A stretch of 64,000 nucleotides of DNA from Oopsacas minuta (lineage: Eukaryota > Animalia > Porifera): positions 947,973 through 1,011,972 of the forward strand of contig JAKMXF010000011.1 in assembly GCA_024704765.1 (NCBI GenBank), read 5' to 3'. Position numbers and translations under genes: made by a program. Shown here in pieces: positions 10,512 to 21,100 of the stretch. Numbering within the stretch: position 1 is the stretch's first letter; the number at the start of each line of letters is the position of its first letter. Under the pieces are notes generated by a model that saw only the letters and a program-made list of their open reading frames with translations, had not been told where the DNA came from and made no database searches.

Positions 10512-11714
10512 ATGGCTGATAGGGCTCTCGATTCTGCTATAGAAGATATCAGAGGTAAATTCACTGGGTTACATAAGATCCTTACTCAGAGAGAAGATAA
10601 GCTAATCGAGATTATTAAGAGTGCACAAGCTAGTAACCTATCACATATCCGGGATCTGTTGGATATGAAGGAGTTCATATGTCAGAACATAAAGAATAAT
10701 GCTCTTATGAACAAGAAATTATATGAGAATGACCTAGAGATTGCAGAGTTAAAGTCTCAGCATGCGGAATCGATCAAACAGCTGACAGAGATATCATGGG
10801 GTGGTGTGTGTTATGACGAGCTATCTCATATTCTAGATAAAATAGATTTTAATAATAATAATGAGCTAAGTAACACCTTGAGTCATCAGTCCGATTACTC
10901 TAAGAAAATAGCTCCAATTTATCATGGAGGTGTTTGTTGTGAATCTCCTGCCCCTGATCAGCTGTCTCATCCTAATCACATAGCTATAGATGAGAAAACT
11001 CAGAATATTTACGTTTCTGATTTCAAACAGAATTGTATTGTAATATTCGATAAGAAAGCAAATATAATTTCCAAGTATAATTCTGGTATAAGATTCCCTC
11101 GTGCTATTACATGTAGAAATGATAAACTGTATTTGATCGAGAACTTACATTCTATGAGACATATACAATTCAAATCTTTTCAATTAAATCCCAGAATATC
11201 TCCAATCCCTGTTAAGAAGTTGAAATACCCCACTGATACATCTCATGTTGCAGCTTTTGATGTCTCAAAGGAAGAAGTTTGGTATATTTGCAATCAACAA
11301 TCAAACAAAGTATTTTTTCTAGAAAATTCTATTTTCTATCTTCTCTCTCCAAGCATACCATTTGAATCCCCTACCGCTCTCAAGGTATACGGTCTCATAT
11401 ACTTGCTAGAGTCTCAGAGCAAAGAGACTGCTCGTATAAGACTAATGAGTTTACAAGGAGATACCATAAGGACCATACCTCTCAATGGTGTTGTAGCATC
11501 TTTATACTTTGATGTTGATTTGGATGGTAATTTCATTATCAGCAACAGCTATCTAGATTCTATTGTTATTTTCTCTAAAGATGGCAGCATGGATCACATC
11601 ATACATTCTACTAAATCTTATTGCATTGCTTATCCTAAAGGTATAGCTGTAAGCAATGAAGGTAATATTGCTGTTATTACCAGCAATTCTAAAGGATGTC
11701 TATTGATTTTCTAG
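10512..11714 (+). CDS. Coiled-coil plus NHL/6-bladed beta-propeller protein (TRIM-NHL-like without RING/B-box)
   Basis: N-terminal heptad region, then NHL-type blades (LSHPNHIAIDEKTQNIYVSD; YPKGIAVSNEGNIAV). First ATG at 10512. Confidence 0.8.
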   Translation: MADRALDSAIEDIRGKFTGLHKILTQREDKLIEIIKSAQASNLSHIRDLLDMKEFICQNIKNNALMNKKLYENDLEIAELKSQHAESIKQLTEISWGGVCYDELSHILDKIDFNNNNELSNTLSHQSDYSKKIAPIYHGGVCCESPAPDQLSHPNHIAIDEKTQNIYVSDFKQNCIVIFDKKANIISKYNSGIRFPRAITCRNDKLYLIENLHSMRHIQFKSFQLNPRISPIPVKKLKYPTDTSHVAAFDVSKEEVWYICNQQSNKVFFLENSIFYLLSPSIPFESPTALKVYGLIYLLESQSKETARIRLMSLQGDTIRTIPLNGVVASLYFDVDLDGNFIISNSYLDSIVIFSKDGSMDHIIHSTKSYCIAYPKGIAVSNEGNIAVITSNSKGCLLIF

Positions 11715-11835
11715 GATTATATATATTGATTGATATGTATCTAGTATTCTATTTTATTGGTTACAGGTATACTATTATTCTCATGCAAATATTCGTACTC
11801 ATTTCATTTAGAACTTAGAAGTTAGTATAATTGTA

Positions 11836-12942
11836 ATGTCAGGGAAATCTCAGCCCTCAGAAACAGCTAAGCAGGACTGGATGAAGGCTAACAAGATACA
11901 AACTACATCTACAGTTGATGAATTATTCAGATATCATGCTAAGGAACAGCAGGATCTGCTCAAGAAGAAGGAATGGCAGAGTGACGTACATTACTTCCAA
12001 GAGCTAAAGATATCAGCACTAGCTCTCCTTAAGATGGTAATGCATGCACGTTCAGGAGGAAGACTAGAAGTAATGGGTATGCTACAAGGCAAGCTACTGG
12101 GTAGCACCATGGTGTGTATGGATGTATTTGCACTCCCTGTAGAAGGTACAGAGACTCGAGTTAATGCACTGGACTCAGCTTATGAATATATGTCTCAGTA
12201 TTTTACTTTCAGTAAAGAAGTGAGTTAATATACATGCCATATAATTATGTGTTGTTGTTATTAATGTGTGTGTAGGTGAGTAGACCTGAGAATTGTATTG
12301 GATGGTATCACAGCCATCCAGGATATGGCTGCTGGCTATCCGGTATTGACGTAAGTACCCAATTTACTAATCAGATGTATCAAGAACCATTTGTAGCAAT
12401 AGTTATAGATCCTACTCGTACTGCTGCTTCTGGTAAAGTACATCTAGGGGCGTTTAGGACATATCCAGAAGGTAAACACCTAATGATTCATCTCGTACAC
12501 ATATTTACACAAATACTATATAGATTATTCACCCAAAGAAGATGCGCAATCAGAATATCAAAGTATTCCTTTCGAGAAGATCGAAGATTTTGGTATTCAC
12601 TGTAAAAGATATTATCCTCTTAATGTTAGCTACTTTAAGAGCAGTCTAGATAGCAAACTACTGGATCAGCTATGGAATAAATACTGGGTTAGTACACTAA
12701 CTACAAATCCTCTAGTAGCTAATGAAGAGTATAGCTCTATACAAATATCTGATATGTCTGAGAAACTCGAGCAGATAGAACAGGTAGAACGTTCTTATAT
12801 GCATGGAGGAGTTAGAAGTAAGGAGGGAGCTGGTAAGCTAGAGAAGGCTACTAAGGACAGTAGTAAGTTGTCTATAGAGGCTATACAAGGATTGATGAGT
12901 CAGGTTCTTAAGAACCAGATATTCAGTGGTATTCCTATATAG
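11836..12942 (+). CDS. COPS5: COP9 signalosome subunit 5 (JAMM deneddylase); exons 11836-12219, 12276-12471, 12524-12942
   Basis: [40 protein letters not shown] motif [31 protein letters not shown]. Two phase-consistent GT-AG introns. Confidence 0.97.
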
Positions 12943-13090
12943 ATGTTGTTTGACTGGTAACTTCATTTTAGTTATATCTTATATGTACATAAATGTTCTA
13001 ATTCTTAGACTTGTAGAGTGGGCTATAGTGAGATAAAACTATAGAAGATCTAGCTTACATATAAATAGAATATACACTCAACTATCGTTA

Positions 13091-13159
13091 CAGTGCGACT
13101 TCAATTATCTTGACACTTTTGACAGGTCCCAACGTGTCCGTATAATCGAGTTTGCACTG
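13091..13159. mobile_element. 69-bp TA-flanked MITE, Tc1/mariner-pogo type
   Basis: TA|CAGTGCGACTTCAATTATCTTGACAC ... GTGTCCGTATAATCGAGTTTGCACTG|TA: 26-bp inverted repeats (19/26 identical), 17-bp spacer, TA on both sides. Confidence 0.65.
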
Positions 13160-13263
13160 TATATCGGAGTTCAAGGGAGCTAGATAATTAGTTTGATATA
13201 TAGCGGGTATTTCGATACATCCGTGTTGTATATAACCGTAATTGATTGTTGTATAGCATTTAT

Positions 13264-14355
13264 ATGGCAGAGAATGACATACAACGCACAGTACTTAAAG
13301 AGTACACAGATAATCCAGAATATTATACCAGAAAAATGACAAAGTTAATATCTCTAATGAAGGAATCTAAGTTCATTACAATATACACAGGAGCTGGTAT
13401 AAGCACAGCAGCTAGCATACCTGATATCAGGGGAGAACACGGGTTGGAGACTAAACAGACCCCTCTGGTAGTGCTAGGACTCAAGGAACAAGATCTAGAC
13501 TGTATTTACCCTACATACACTCACTGTGCTATAACAGAGCTGGTTGATAGAGGGGTAGTTAAGTTTGTAGCTACTTCTAATCATGATGGTTTACATCAGA
13601 AGAGTGGATTGAGTGATGAATATATTGCTGATGTGTTTGGGAATGTTTTTGTTGAGAAATGTTTGAAATGTAAAATGCTTTGGAAACGTTCTGTTGTTGT
13701 TCCTTCTCTCGGAAGGAAATGTGATGATACCAATTGTAGAGGGAGATTACAGAAAACTGGGACTAGAATGGGAGAAACTACACCTGAAGAACCTCTGAAT
13801 CGCGCTTGGGAAATCGCGAAAAAGTCTGATTTAGCTATTGTGATAGGCTCCTCTCTAACTGTGTCTCCTTTCTGTCAGTTACCATTTCTAGCTAAACAGA
13901 CAGTAATACTTAATCTACAAGACACTTCGTATGATAATAATTCTGTACTTAACATACACTGTTATTGTGACACAGCTATGAGAGATATCTGTAAGGCTTA
14001 TTCTATAGAGATTAGTCAGTTCAAAATGATTAGGAAATTCTGTCTGTATACAGACGTGACTAATGACAGATATAGTATACTAGTGACAGGAGATGCTAGT
14101 AATGAGCCGAGTGGAGTTGTGTCTGCAGTTGAAATAGAGTATGAAACAGCTGGTGGTAAGATATTGAAGGAAATGGATTCTAATCTAAAGGGAGATTTTG
14201 TTATGGAGCTTGATAATATTGCTTGTGGTATGTCTATTGTTTTTGTGTTTGTATTTAGAGAACATTTTGATTCTAAGCCTTTGAAAGAATCAGTTATTCT
14301 TCAGGAAGGTAATGTTAGGAGAGAGTTTGAGTTTGTTAAGAATATTATTTATTAA
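13264..14355 (+). CDS. Class IV (SIRT6/7-like) sirtuin with catalytic His replaced by Phe, plus an uncharacterised C-terminal domain
   Basis: TGAGISTAASIPDIRG, SNHDGLH, ADVFGNVFVEKCLKC (normally ELHGN), Zn ligands CxxC...CxxxxC, IGSSLTV, ILNLQ. Confidence 0.85.
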   Translation: MAENDIQRTVLKEYTDNPEYYTRKMTKLISLMKESKFITIYTGAGISTAASIPDIRGEHGLETKQTPLVVLGLKEQDLDCIYPTYTHCAITELVDRGVVKFVATSNHDGLHQKSGLSDEYIADVFGNVFVEKCLKCKMLWKRSVVVPSLGRKCDDTNCRGRLQKTGTRMGETTPEEPLNRAWEIAKKSDLAIVIGSSLTVSPFCQLPFLAKQTVILNLQDTSYDNNSVLNIHCYCDTAMRDICKAYSIEISQFKMIRKFCLYTDVTNDRYSILVTGDASNEPSGVVSAVEIEYETAGGKILKEMDSNLKGDFVMELDNIACGMSIVFVFVFREHFDSKPLKESVILQEGNVRREFEFVKNIIY

Positions 14356-14538
14356 TCTAAGATATATATTTGTATATTTTGTATTCTCTCTCAGGTGTTG
14401 TAAGAACTAAGTTTTCATTTGCATGTCTCTCAATGTATTTCATCAAGTTTTATTAATGTAGAGCATTGATTACTATGTTGCATTACTTAATTTTGTTCCT
14501 GTGTTTTCATAAACTACCTTACTCTTAGAAATTAGTAA

Positions 14539-15174
14539 ATGGATCCATTGTTACAGAAATACGCTAAAACTGTTCATGAAAGCTTAGAAGATGTACCAAA
14601 TGAGTTACAAGAACTAATTTCCCGTATTCGGGAGTATGACGTACAAATAACTAATATATTGACTGAAATAGAGGGTGAGGATATGAGTGGAGATAGAGCT
14701 CTCCTTTTGAATCAGGCTTATAAATATAAATCCGATTTTATGAGTGACGTAGTCAAATTGCTTGATGATAAGTTGTATAATCTTGATAGCTGTTACACAG
14801 AGGTTAAGACTGCTCCTAAACTTGTAGTTCATCATAAGGCACCGGGTGAGATTATTAACTCTGTCCCACGGGGAGATTTGCCTATAAACAAACCTGTATC
14901 TAAACACAGGAGGAAACAACCTCACAATGAGATTGTCAGAATACCTACACACAGACGAGTTAGTTCTCCCGCTATGCCATCTCCCTCTAAAGAATATCCT
15001 AATACAAATAGAGATAGCATCTGTATATGTAAAGGCAAACAATCTGATCATACTATTATATGTCATAATGATCAATGTAAAGTAGGTACTTACCATATGG
15101 CATGTGTGGGGGTTAAGAGCAGAACTGAGGGGGTGTGGTTCTGTAATTGGTGCATTCATAAAATTGATTTATAA
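14539..15174 (+). CDS. ING-family protein with divergent PHD finger
   Basis: N-terminal ING helical segment (ESLEDVPNELQELISRIREYD) and C-terminal C4HC3 PHD (CICK...CHNDQC...HMACV...WFCNWC). Confidence 0.8.
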   Translation: MDPLLQKYAKTVHESLEDVPNELQELISRIREYDVQITNILTEIEGEDMSGDRALLLNQAYKYKSDFMSDVVKLLDDKLYNLDSCYTEVKTAPKLVVHHKAPGEIINSVPRGDLPINKPVSKHRRKQPHNEIVRIPTHRRVSSPAMPSPSKEYPNTNRDSICICKGKQSDHTIICHNDQCKVGTYHMACVGVKSRTEGVWFCNWCIHKIDL

Positions 15175-15302
15175 TATCTGTATCGCAATATGTTCTAAGA
15201 TAGTTTATAGTTTCCATTTAATTACTAAACAATATAGAATCTATTCCCTCAGTAGTCTAATTTTTGTTATAACATATATAGAATAGGAGAGTGCTAATAG
15301 TA

Positions 15303-16856
15303 ATGTTTCTCCAATATTATATTGTTGTTTATATGCTCTGCATATTCTCAACCTTTGTAACATCTAAAGACACTACACTAACATACATATATCAACAAAC
15401 TTATTATCTATCTTGTGAGAGTGCTAACTCTGATTCCACATCTGTTTGGATGAAAGATAACTCTGTTCTGGAAATCATTAATGATCCTAATCTGAGTATT
15501 ACTGATACTGGTACTCTAGTATTTGATAGGTTTCAGTTCCCAGATACAGGAACTTATAACTGCCAGGATTCTGATACAACTTATATTCTTACAATTCAGT
15601 GTCCTGCTAACTCAGATCCTAATGTCCTATCAAATCAGTGTATTTGTTCTATTGGAGCTACTAGTGTTATCGATAGTGATAGTTTTAAATGTAATCTATG
15701 TCCTTACGGTGCTTACAAGTCACAACCTGGTAACCACCAATGTTTCTCATGTCCCACATCCTTAGTAACAGAGAGGGAGGGTTCCATCTCTGAGACCAGC
15801 TGTGTTTGTCCACCAGGTCATGGTATCAGTAGTTCCATGTGTGTGCCTTGTCTCGCTGATTCCTATCAGGATAAATACGAAGAAGTTCCGTGTATAGATT
15901 GTCCTGAGTATTCTGCTACTCCTCAATCTCTAGGAGAATCTGATGCCGAAGCTTTCACTAGCAGGGGTGATTGTGTGTGTTTGTATTCTCCTTATAATGC
16001 TGGTAATAATACTTGCTGGCCATTCTTTACAACCCCTACCGTAACCTTGGTAGAGACTGATACTACAGCTGTTACAATCAGCTGGAATACAGAATCATAT
16101 ACTCGAGCTGATGACGGTGCTTACAGAGGTATAATAGCAGGATACCATTTAGAAGTTTTAGAGGATAATGAACTAATGTATAACGTATTTACTCACAAAT
16201 ATACACCCATTGACTACACGCCTGGAGAAGAATACATTCTAGTAATTAATAGTCTGAGTCCTGATACAACCTATATTATTGCTGTTAATGCCTACACCAA
16301 GAGCACTGAGTTTGTAGACGGACCTCCTGGTTACCTTTCTATCACTACTGATTCTCTACCTCTAACTACCACGACCCCTCCAGTAACTACTACTACTAAA
16401 TCTCCTGGAATAATTGGGCCTACAGCTACTACAGAACCTACTACTACTACTACAGCTACAACTATATCTCACACTACTAACACACATACGGATACTACTC
16501 CTGAAACTACAGTAACTACTCCTAAACCTGCAGAAACGCCTATACTCCCTACAGCTACATATACCATTACTAAAGTACAACATACTATGATACAAGCTAC
16601 CCCTAAAGTTATAGTTAGATCAGACAGTACAGCTAGCTCCTTCCTAGCTGTTGTAGTTGTTCTATTAGCTCTGTTTATTGTAGTACTGGTAGTCCTCGTA
16701 GTAATCCGCTATTGGTACGGACGCAATAGGCGTTCCAGGAAACTGAGATACGCTAAGACTTCTGGTACGATGAAGCGTGTAGGACCTCAGCCTCGCTTTC
16801 CCGTCTACAGCAATGCTGTGTATCAAAATGGTGATACTAGTGATACTCTCATTTGA
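15303..16856 (+). CDS. Type I membrane protein: signal peptide, Ig domain, two Eph-receptor-like Cys-rich repeats, FN3, Thr-rich mucin stalk, TM, short tail
   Basis: Ig motifs LSC...VWMKD...DTGTYNC; CNLCPYGAYKSQPGNHQCFSCP and CVPCLADSYQ...CIDCP repeats; FN3 VTISW...GYHL...LSPDTTYIIAVNA; TM FLAVVVVLLALFIVVLVVLVVI. Confidence 0.85.
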   Translation: MFLQYYIVVYMLCIFSTFVTSKDTTLTYIYQQTYYLSCESANSDSTSVWMKDNSVLEIINDPNLSITDTGTLVFDRFQFPDTGTYNCQDSDTTYILTIQCPANSDPNVLSNQCICSIGATSVIDSDSFKCNLCPYGAYKSQPGNHQCFSCPTSLVTEREGSISETSCVCPPGHGISSSMCVPCLADSYQDKYEEVPCIDCPEYSATPQSLGESDAEAFTSRGDCVCLYSPYNAGNNTCWPFFTTPTVTLVETDTTAVTISWNTESYTRADDGAYRGIIAGYHLEVLEDNELMYNVFTHKYTPIDYTPGEEYILVINSLSPDTTYIIAVNAYTKSTEFVDGPPGYLSITTDSLPLTTTTPPVTTTTKSPGIIGPTATTEPTTTTTATTISHTTNTHTDTTPETTVTTPKPAETPILPTATYTITKVQHTMIQATPKVIVRSDSTASSFLAVVVVLLALFIVVLVVLVVIRYWYGRNRRSRKLRYAKTSGTMKRVGPQPRFPVYSNAVYQNGDTSDTLI

Positions 16857-17062
16857 CCCGATCTCTTATTCAATAGTTTTCCTACCCAAACTTTGTAGAC
16901 TTTTCTACTAAATTTATTATTACTTTCCATTCTTTGTTATGCAATTGAATTAGGTTACTATAGCTAATTATTGACTATGTTAATTGTGGTAAATTTATTT
17001 GCATAATATCAACCAAATTTATACTTTATATTGTAATAGAATCTGCTGGATAGATATTCGCT

Positions 17063-17929
17063 ATGTCTATAGATATTCTCAGTCAAGAACGATTTGTTCT
17101 TAGAGAAAAACAATCTAGATCTACATTACAGAACGTTAAAATTGAGACTATTGCAGAAGATTGCAGTCTTGTGAATATGGTTAATAACTTTCCAATGGAA
17201 AATGGCTACTCTACCATCAAAATAGAAAATGAAGATAGTGCCTTCTCCAATTTGGCCGGAAAATGCTCTTCATTCAATGATTCGTTTTCTTTGAAAATCG
17301 ATTCTTTCTCGTCTCATTTTATGGACGATTCTAGACCTGAAAATTCTACTTTTAAATCTGAAAGCTCACAAATAGTATGTGAAAACCCAATCAGACATTT
17401 ACCTTATTCTCAGTATTTAAACAATTTCACTCAAGTGATTAATATAAAACACTTAGATCATTTTGACATTTGTCTTAAAGGCATACACAGTACAGAGTTT
17501 GAATTAAATTCTAATTTATCTAAATATAATGATATTTCTAATGCAAATACATCGAGAATTGTCCCAACTTTCCAACGTTTCAAAGACTTAGAGATCTCAC
17601 AACTAAAAGTAGATAAATTCGCTGCACAAGTAACTGATACAACAACTAAAGTCGCTAAGAAGGATAAATTGTTAGTCAAAAAATCTAAAATAATTCAACA
17701 AAAAATTAAATTACAGAAGAAGCAGAAAAGACAGTTTATCTGCGAAACTTGTTCCGCGAAGTATTTTTACGAGCTACCTTTCATCAATCATATTTCTAAA
17801 CACATACCTACTTATGAATGTAAACATTGCAAACATTCCTATCCCACACAACGGTCTCTATCGTCACATATGCGAGTACACAATACAACGCACTATTCTA
17901 AACGCCCAACTTTAAAACGGATGAAATAA
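17063..17929 (+). CDS. C2H2 zinc-finger protein (two C-terminal fingers)
   Basis: FICETCSAKYFYELPFINHISKH and YECKHCKHSYPTQRSLSSHMRVH, preceded by a Lys-rich segment. Confidence 0.8.
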   Translation: MSIDILSQERFVLREKQSRSTLQNVKIETIAEDCSLVNMVNNFPMENGYSTIKIENEDSAFSNLAGKCSSFNDSFSLKIDSFSSHFMDDSRPENSTFKSESSQIVCENPIRHLPYSQYLNNFTQVINIKHLDHFDICLKGIHSTEFELNSNLSKYNDISNANTSRIVPTFQRFKDLEISQLKVDKFAAQVTDTTTKVAKKDKLLVKKSKIIQQKIKLQKKQKRQFICETCSAKYFYELPFINHISKHIPTYECKHCKHSYPTQRSLSSHMRVHNTTHYSKRPTLKRMK

Positions 17930-18154
17930 CCCCAAAGCCTCACTTCTGAATCAGAATTGTACTTTATTATTTCTGTAAATTTGATATCTCAGCCCTTAAT
18001 CCACTTTAATTAATATATATTGCTATTTTAAATTTATTATTAATGTAATTAATCCCATAACAACTTCATTGTTAGTCTTCCTACACATCTACTTAAGTAC
18101 TCTACTGCTAATGGATGAATAACTGGGTAACTCTAATTCCAATACTTTAAGAGT

Positions 18155-21100
18155 ATGGCAGCAAGAGAATATACAACTAACTCTACCAACACTACAACAA
18201 GCAAATCTGAAGATTCACGGGGTGAAGTTGAGATTAGAATTCTAATCTGGTATAAGGTTAACCAATGGCTTGTTGTTCTATTCTATTTGCTCGGTTTTCT
18301 AAGTCTAGGAATCCTCCTGCTGTTCTCGTACTGGTTTCCTAGAATTAAAAGTTATTTTATCGGACATCGTTGTTTTGTGAAGGACGCTACCCATGTTCTT
18401 ATCCGTGACGTAGACAATGATTGGAATATAGTTAAAATTTGCTCTGTCGATCTTGAGAACAGTGATTCACTGGTTATAAATAATTCCCAGGAAGAACATG
18501 AACACGCTAGACTCGTAGTAGAACAAACCTATCAATTCCGATATTTCATATTCCGTCAGTCTAGGTATATAGTGGATGAATTAGAAGGAGAGGCTCGTAA
18601 ACAAACAGCTTACGACGTAGGCTATACATGTGAACAAATATATGAATTAGCTGGGCAAGACACTAGCCAGTATTCAAAAGATAGAGCTAAAGTATACGGC
18701 CCTAATCTGATTGATGTGCCTGTTAAATCGTATCTCCAGTTATTTGTAGAAGAGATACTCAATCCTTTCTACATATTCCAAGTATTCAGCATTATCATAT
18801 GGGTCTTAGTTAATTACTACTATTACGCGGGAGCTGTGTTCTTAATCTCAAGCATTTCTATAGTACTCAGTCTATATCAGACGCGTAAGAATATGATACA
18901 GCTTAAGAACATGATTGCATTCTCCTGTAAAGTAACTGTACACCGTGGTAAATCTGTATACCATAATACACCCAGTAATGCCTTGTATCCTGGTGACGTC
19001 ATCGAGATACCTCGTACTGGTCTTAGGGTTCCGTGTGATTGCGTGTTAATATCCGGTAATGCTATAGTGAATGAGAGTATGTTAACGGGAGAGAGTGTCC
19101 CTGTGTTTAAGACCCCTCTCTTACATGAAGCAGAGCTATACTCTGTAACAGCTAACAAACGTCAAAATCTATTCAATGGTACTGATGTAATACAAACTAG
19201 AAATCTACCAAACTCTAAAGTACTAGCTTTTGTAATAAGAACAGGCTATAGTACTTCTAAGGGAGAACTAGTTCGATCTATTTTATACCCGAAGCCAACT
19301 AGACTACGATTCTACAAACAATCTTTAAAATTCCTAATATTCCTGATCCTATTGGGGGTAATAGGAATGTTGTATACACTAGTATACCAGGCTATTAGAG
19401 GGCAGGAACCCTTTGAAATATTCCTATTAATGTCAGACCTATTCACCACTGCTGTACCTCCATCTCTACCAGCTGCTATGACTGTTGGGATGATATATGC
19501 TCTGGCTCGGCTTAAGAAACATAGAATATATTGTATTAGTCCTCAGAGGATTAATGTGTGTGGTAAGATTAAGTGTGTGTGTTTCGATAAGACAGGTACT
19601 CTTACAGAGGATGGGTTAGATTTCTGGGGTGTGGTACCGGTAGGTAAGACCTTTGAACAGCCAGTACATAATCCCCGTAAGCTAGGTATTACACCGTTAA
19701 TCACTGCTATGTCAAGTTGTCATTCATTGACACTGATAAATAACCAGTTGGTCGGTGACTCTGTTGATATTAATATGTTTAAAGCTACAGGATGGGAGCT
19801 AGAAGAACCGCAAGATGAGACTAATAGGTTTGATTTATTGGTACCTGTTCTAGTTAGAGCTCCTTATACAGACTGTAGTTATGAAGCTGGTATATTACAT
19901 CAATATCCATTCTCTTCAGAACTACAGAGAATGAGTGTTGTAGTGAAATGCCTGAGAGATGAACAACCTGAAAACCTTATGTTATACTCTAAAGGTTCTC
20001 CTGAAATGATAGCTAGCTTATCTACACCAGATTCTATACCTAAAGATTTTAATGAAGTTCTAGCTCTATACACTAATATGGGGTTACGTGTACTAGCAAT
20101 TGGCTGTAAGGAGCTGACTATTCCCTGGCATAAAGTCAGTAGAATTCCTAGAAATGACATGGAGACAGATCTCAAGTTCTTAGGCTTATTCCTCATGCAA
20201 AATAAGCTTAAACCTATTACTACCAGTGTAATACGTGAGCTGAATACAGCTGATATACGAGTCGTCATGATAACAGGTGATAACATGTTGACAGCTGTCA
20301 ATGTAGCTCTAGAGTGTGAAGTGATACAACCACGGTCAGAAGTGTTCATAATCTCACTGAATGATACCTCCCTTAACCAAGGTATAGACAGTGATATCAT
20401 ATTTACTCCACATAATCCTGAGCTACAGCAAGCTCCTATGCTAGAAGGAAATCCTCTAACACAGCTACCTAGCACTAACTACTGTCTGGCTATTAGCGGT
20501 ACTACATTTGAGCTAATACATAGACATGCCAGTAGATACTTACTAATAGCTATACTGTTGAAGTGTGTAGTGTTTGCTAGAATGTCTCCTAAGCTTAAAT
20601 CCATTATTGTAGAAGAATTACAGAAATTAGGATATGTTGTAGCGATGTGTGGAGATGGTGCGAATGATTGCGGGGCGTTAAAAACTGCAGATGTTGGAGT
20701 AAGTCTGTCAGATTCTGAGGCTTCGGTAGCTTCACACTTCACTTCTAAGATACAAGATGTTAGCTGTATCCCTGTTGTTATTAAGGAAGGTAGAACTGCA
20801 CTAGTAACAGCATTCAGTATATTCAAATTTATGGCTTTATACTGTGTCATAGAGTTTACATCTGTAGTTATAATGTACTGGTGGTTATCAAATTTAGGAG
20901 ACTGGCAATACCTCTACATCGATCTTATTCAGGTATTCGCACTAGCTCTCGTTATGGGTTACACTAAACCTTATTCACGTCTAGCTTACAGACGACCATC
21001 TGCTAATCTTGTTAACTCAATTAACCTAATATCCTGTGGTGTACATATTCTTCTGGCTATTGGATTCCAGATATCTAGCTATATTCTTTTGAGAACTACT

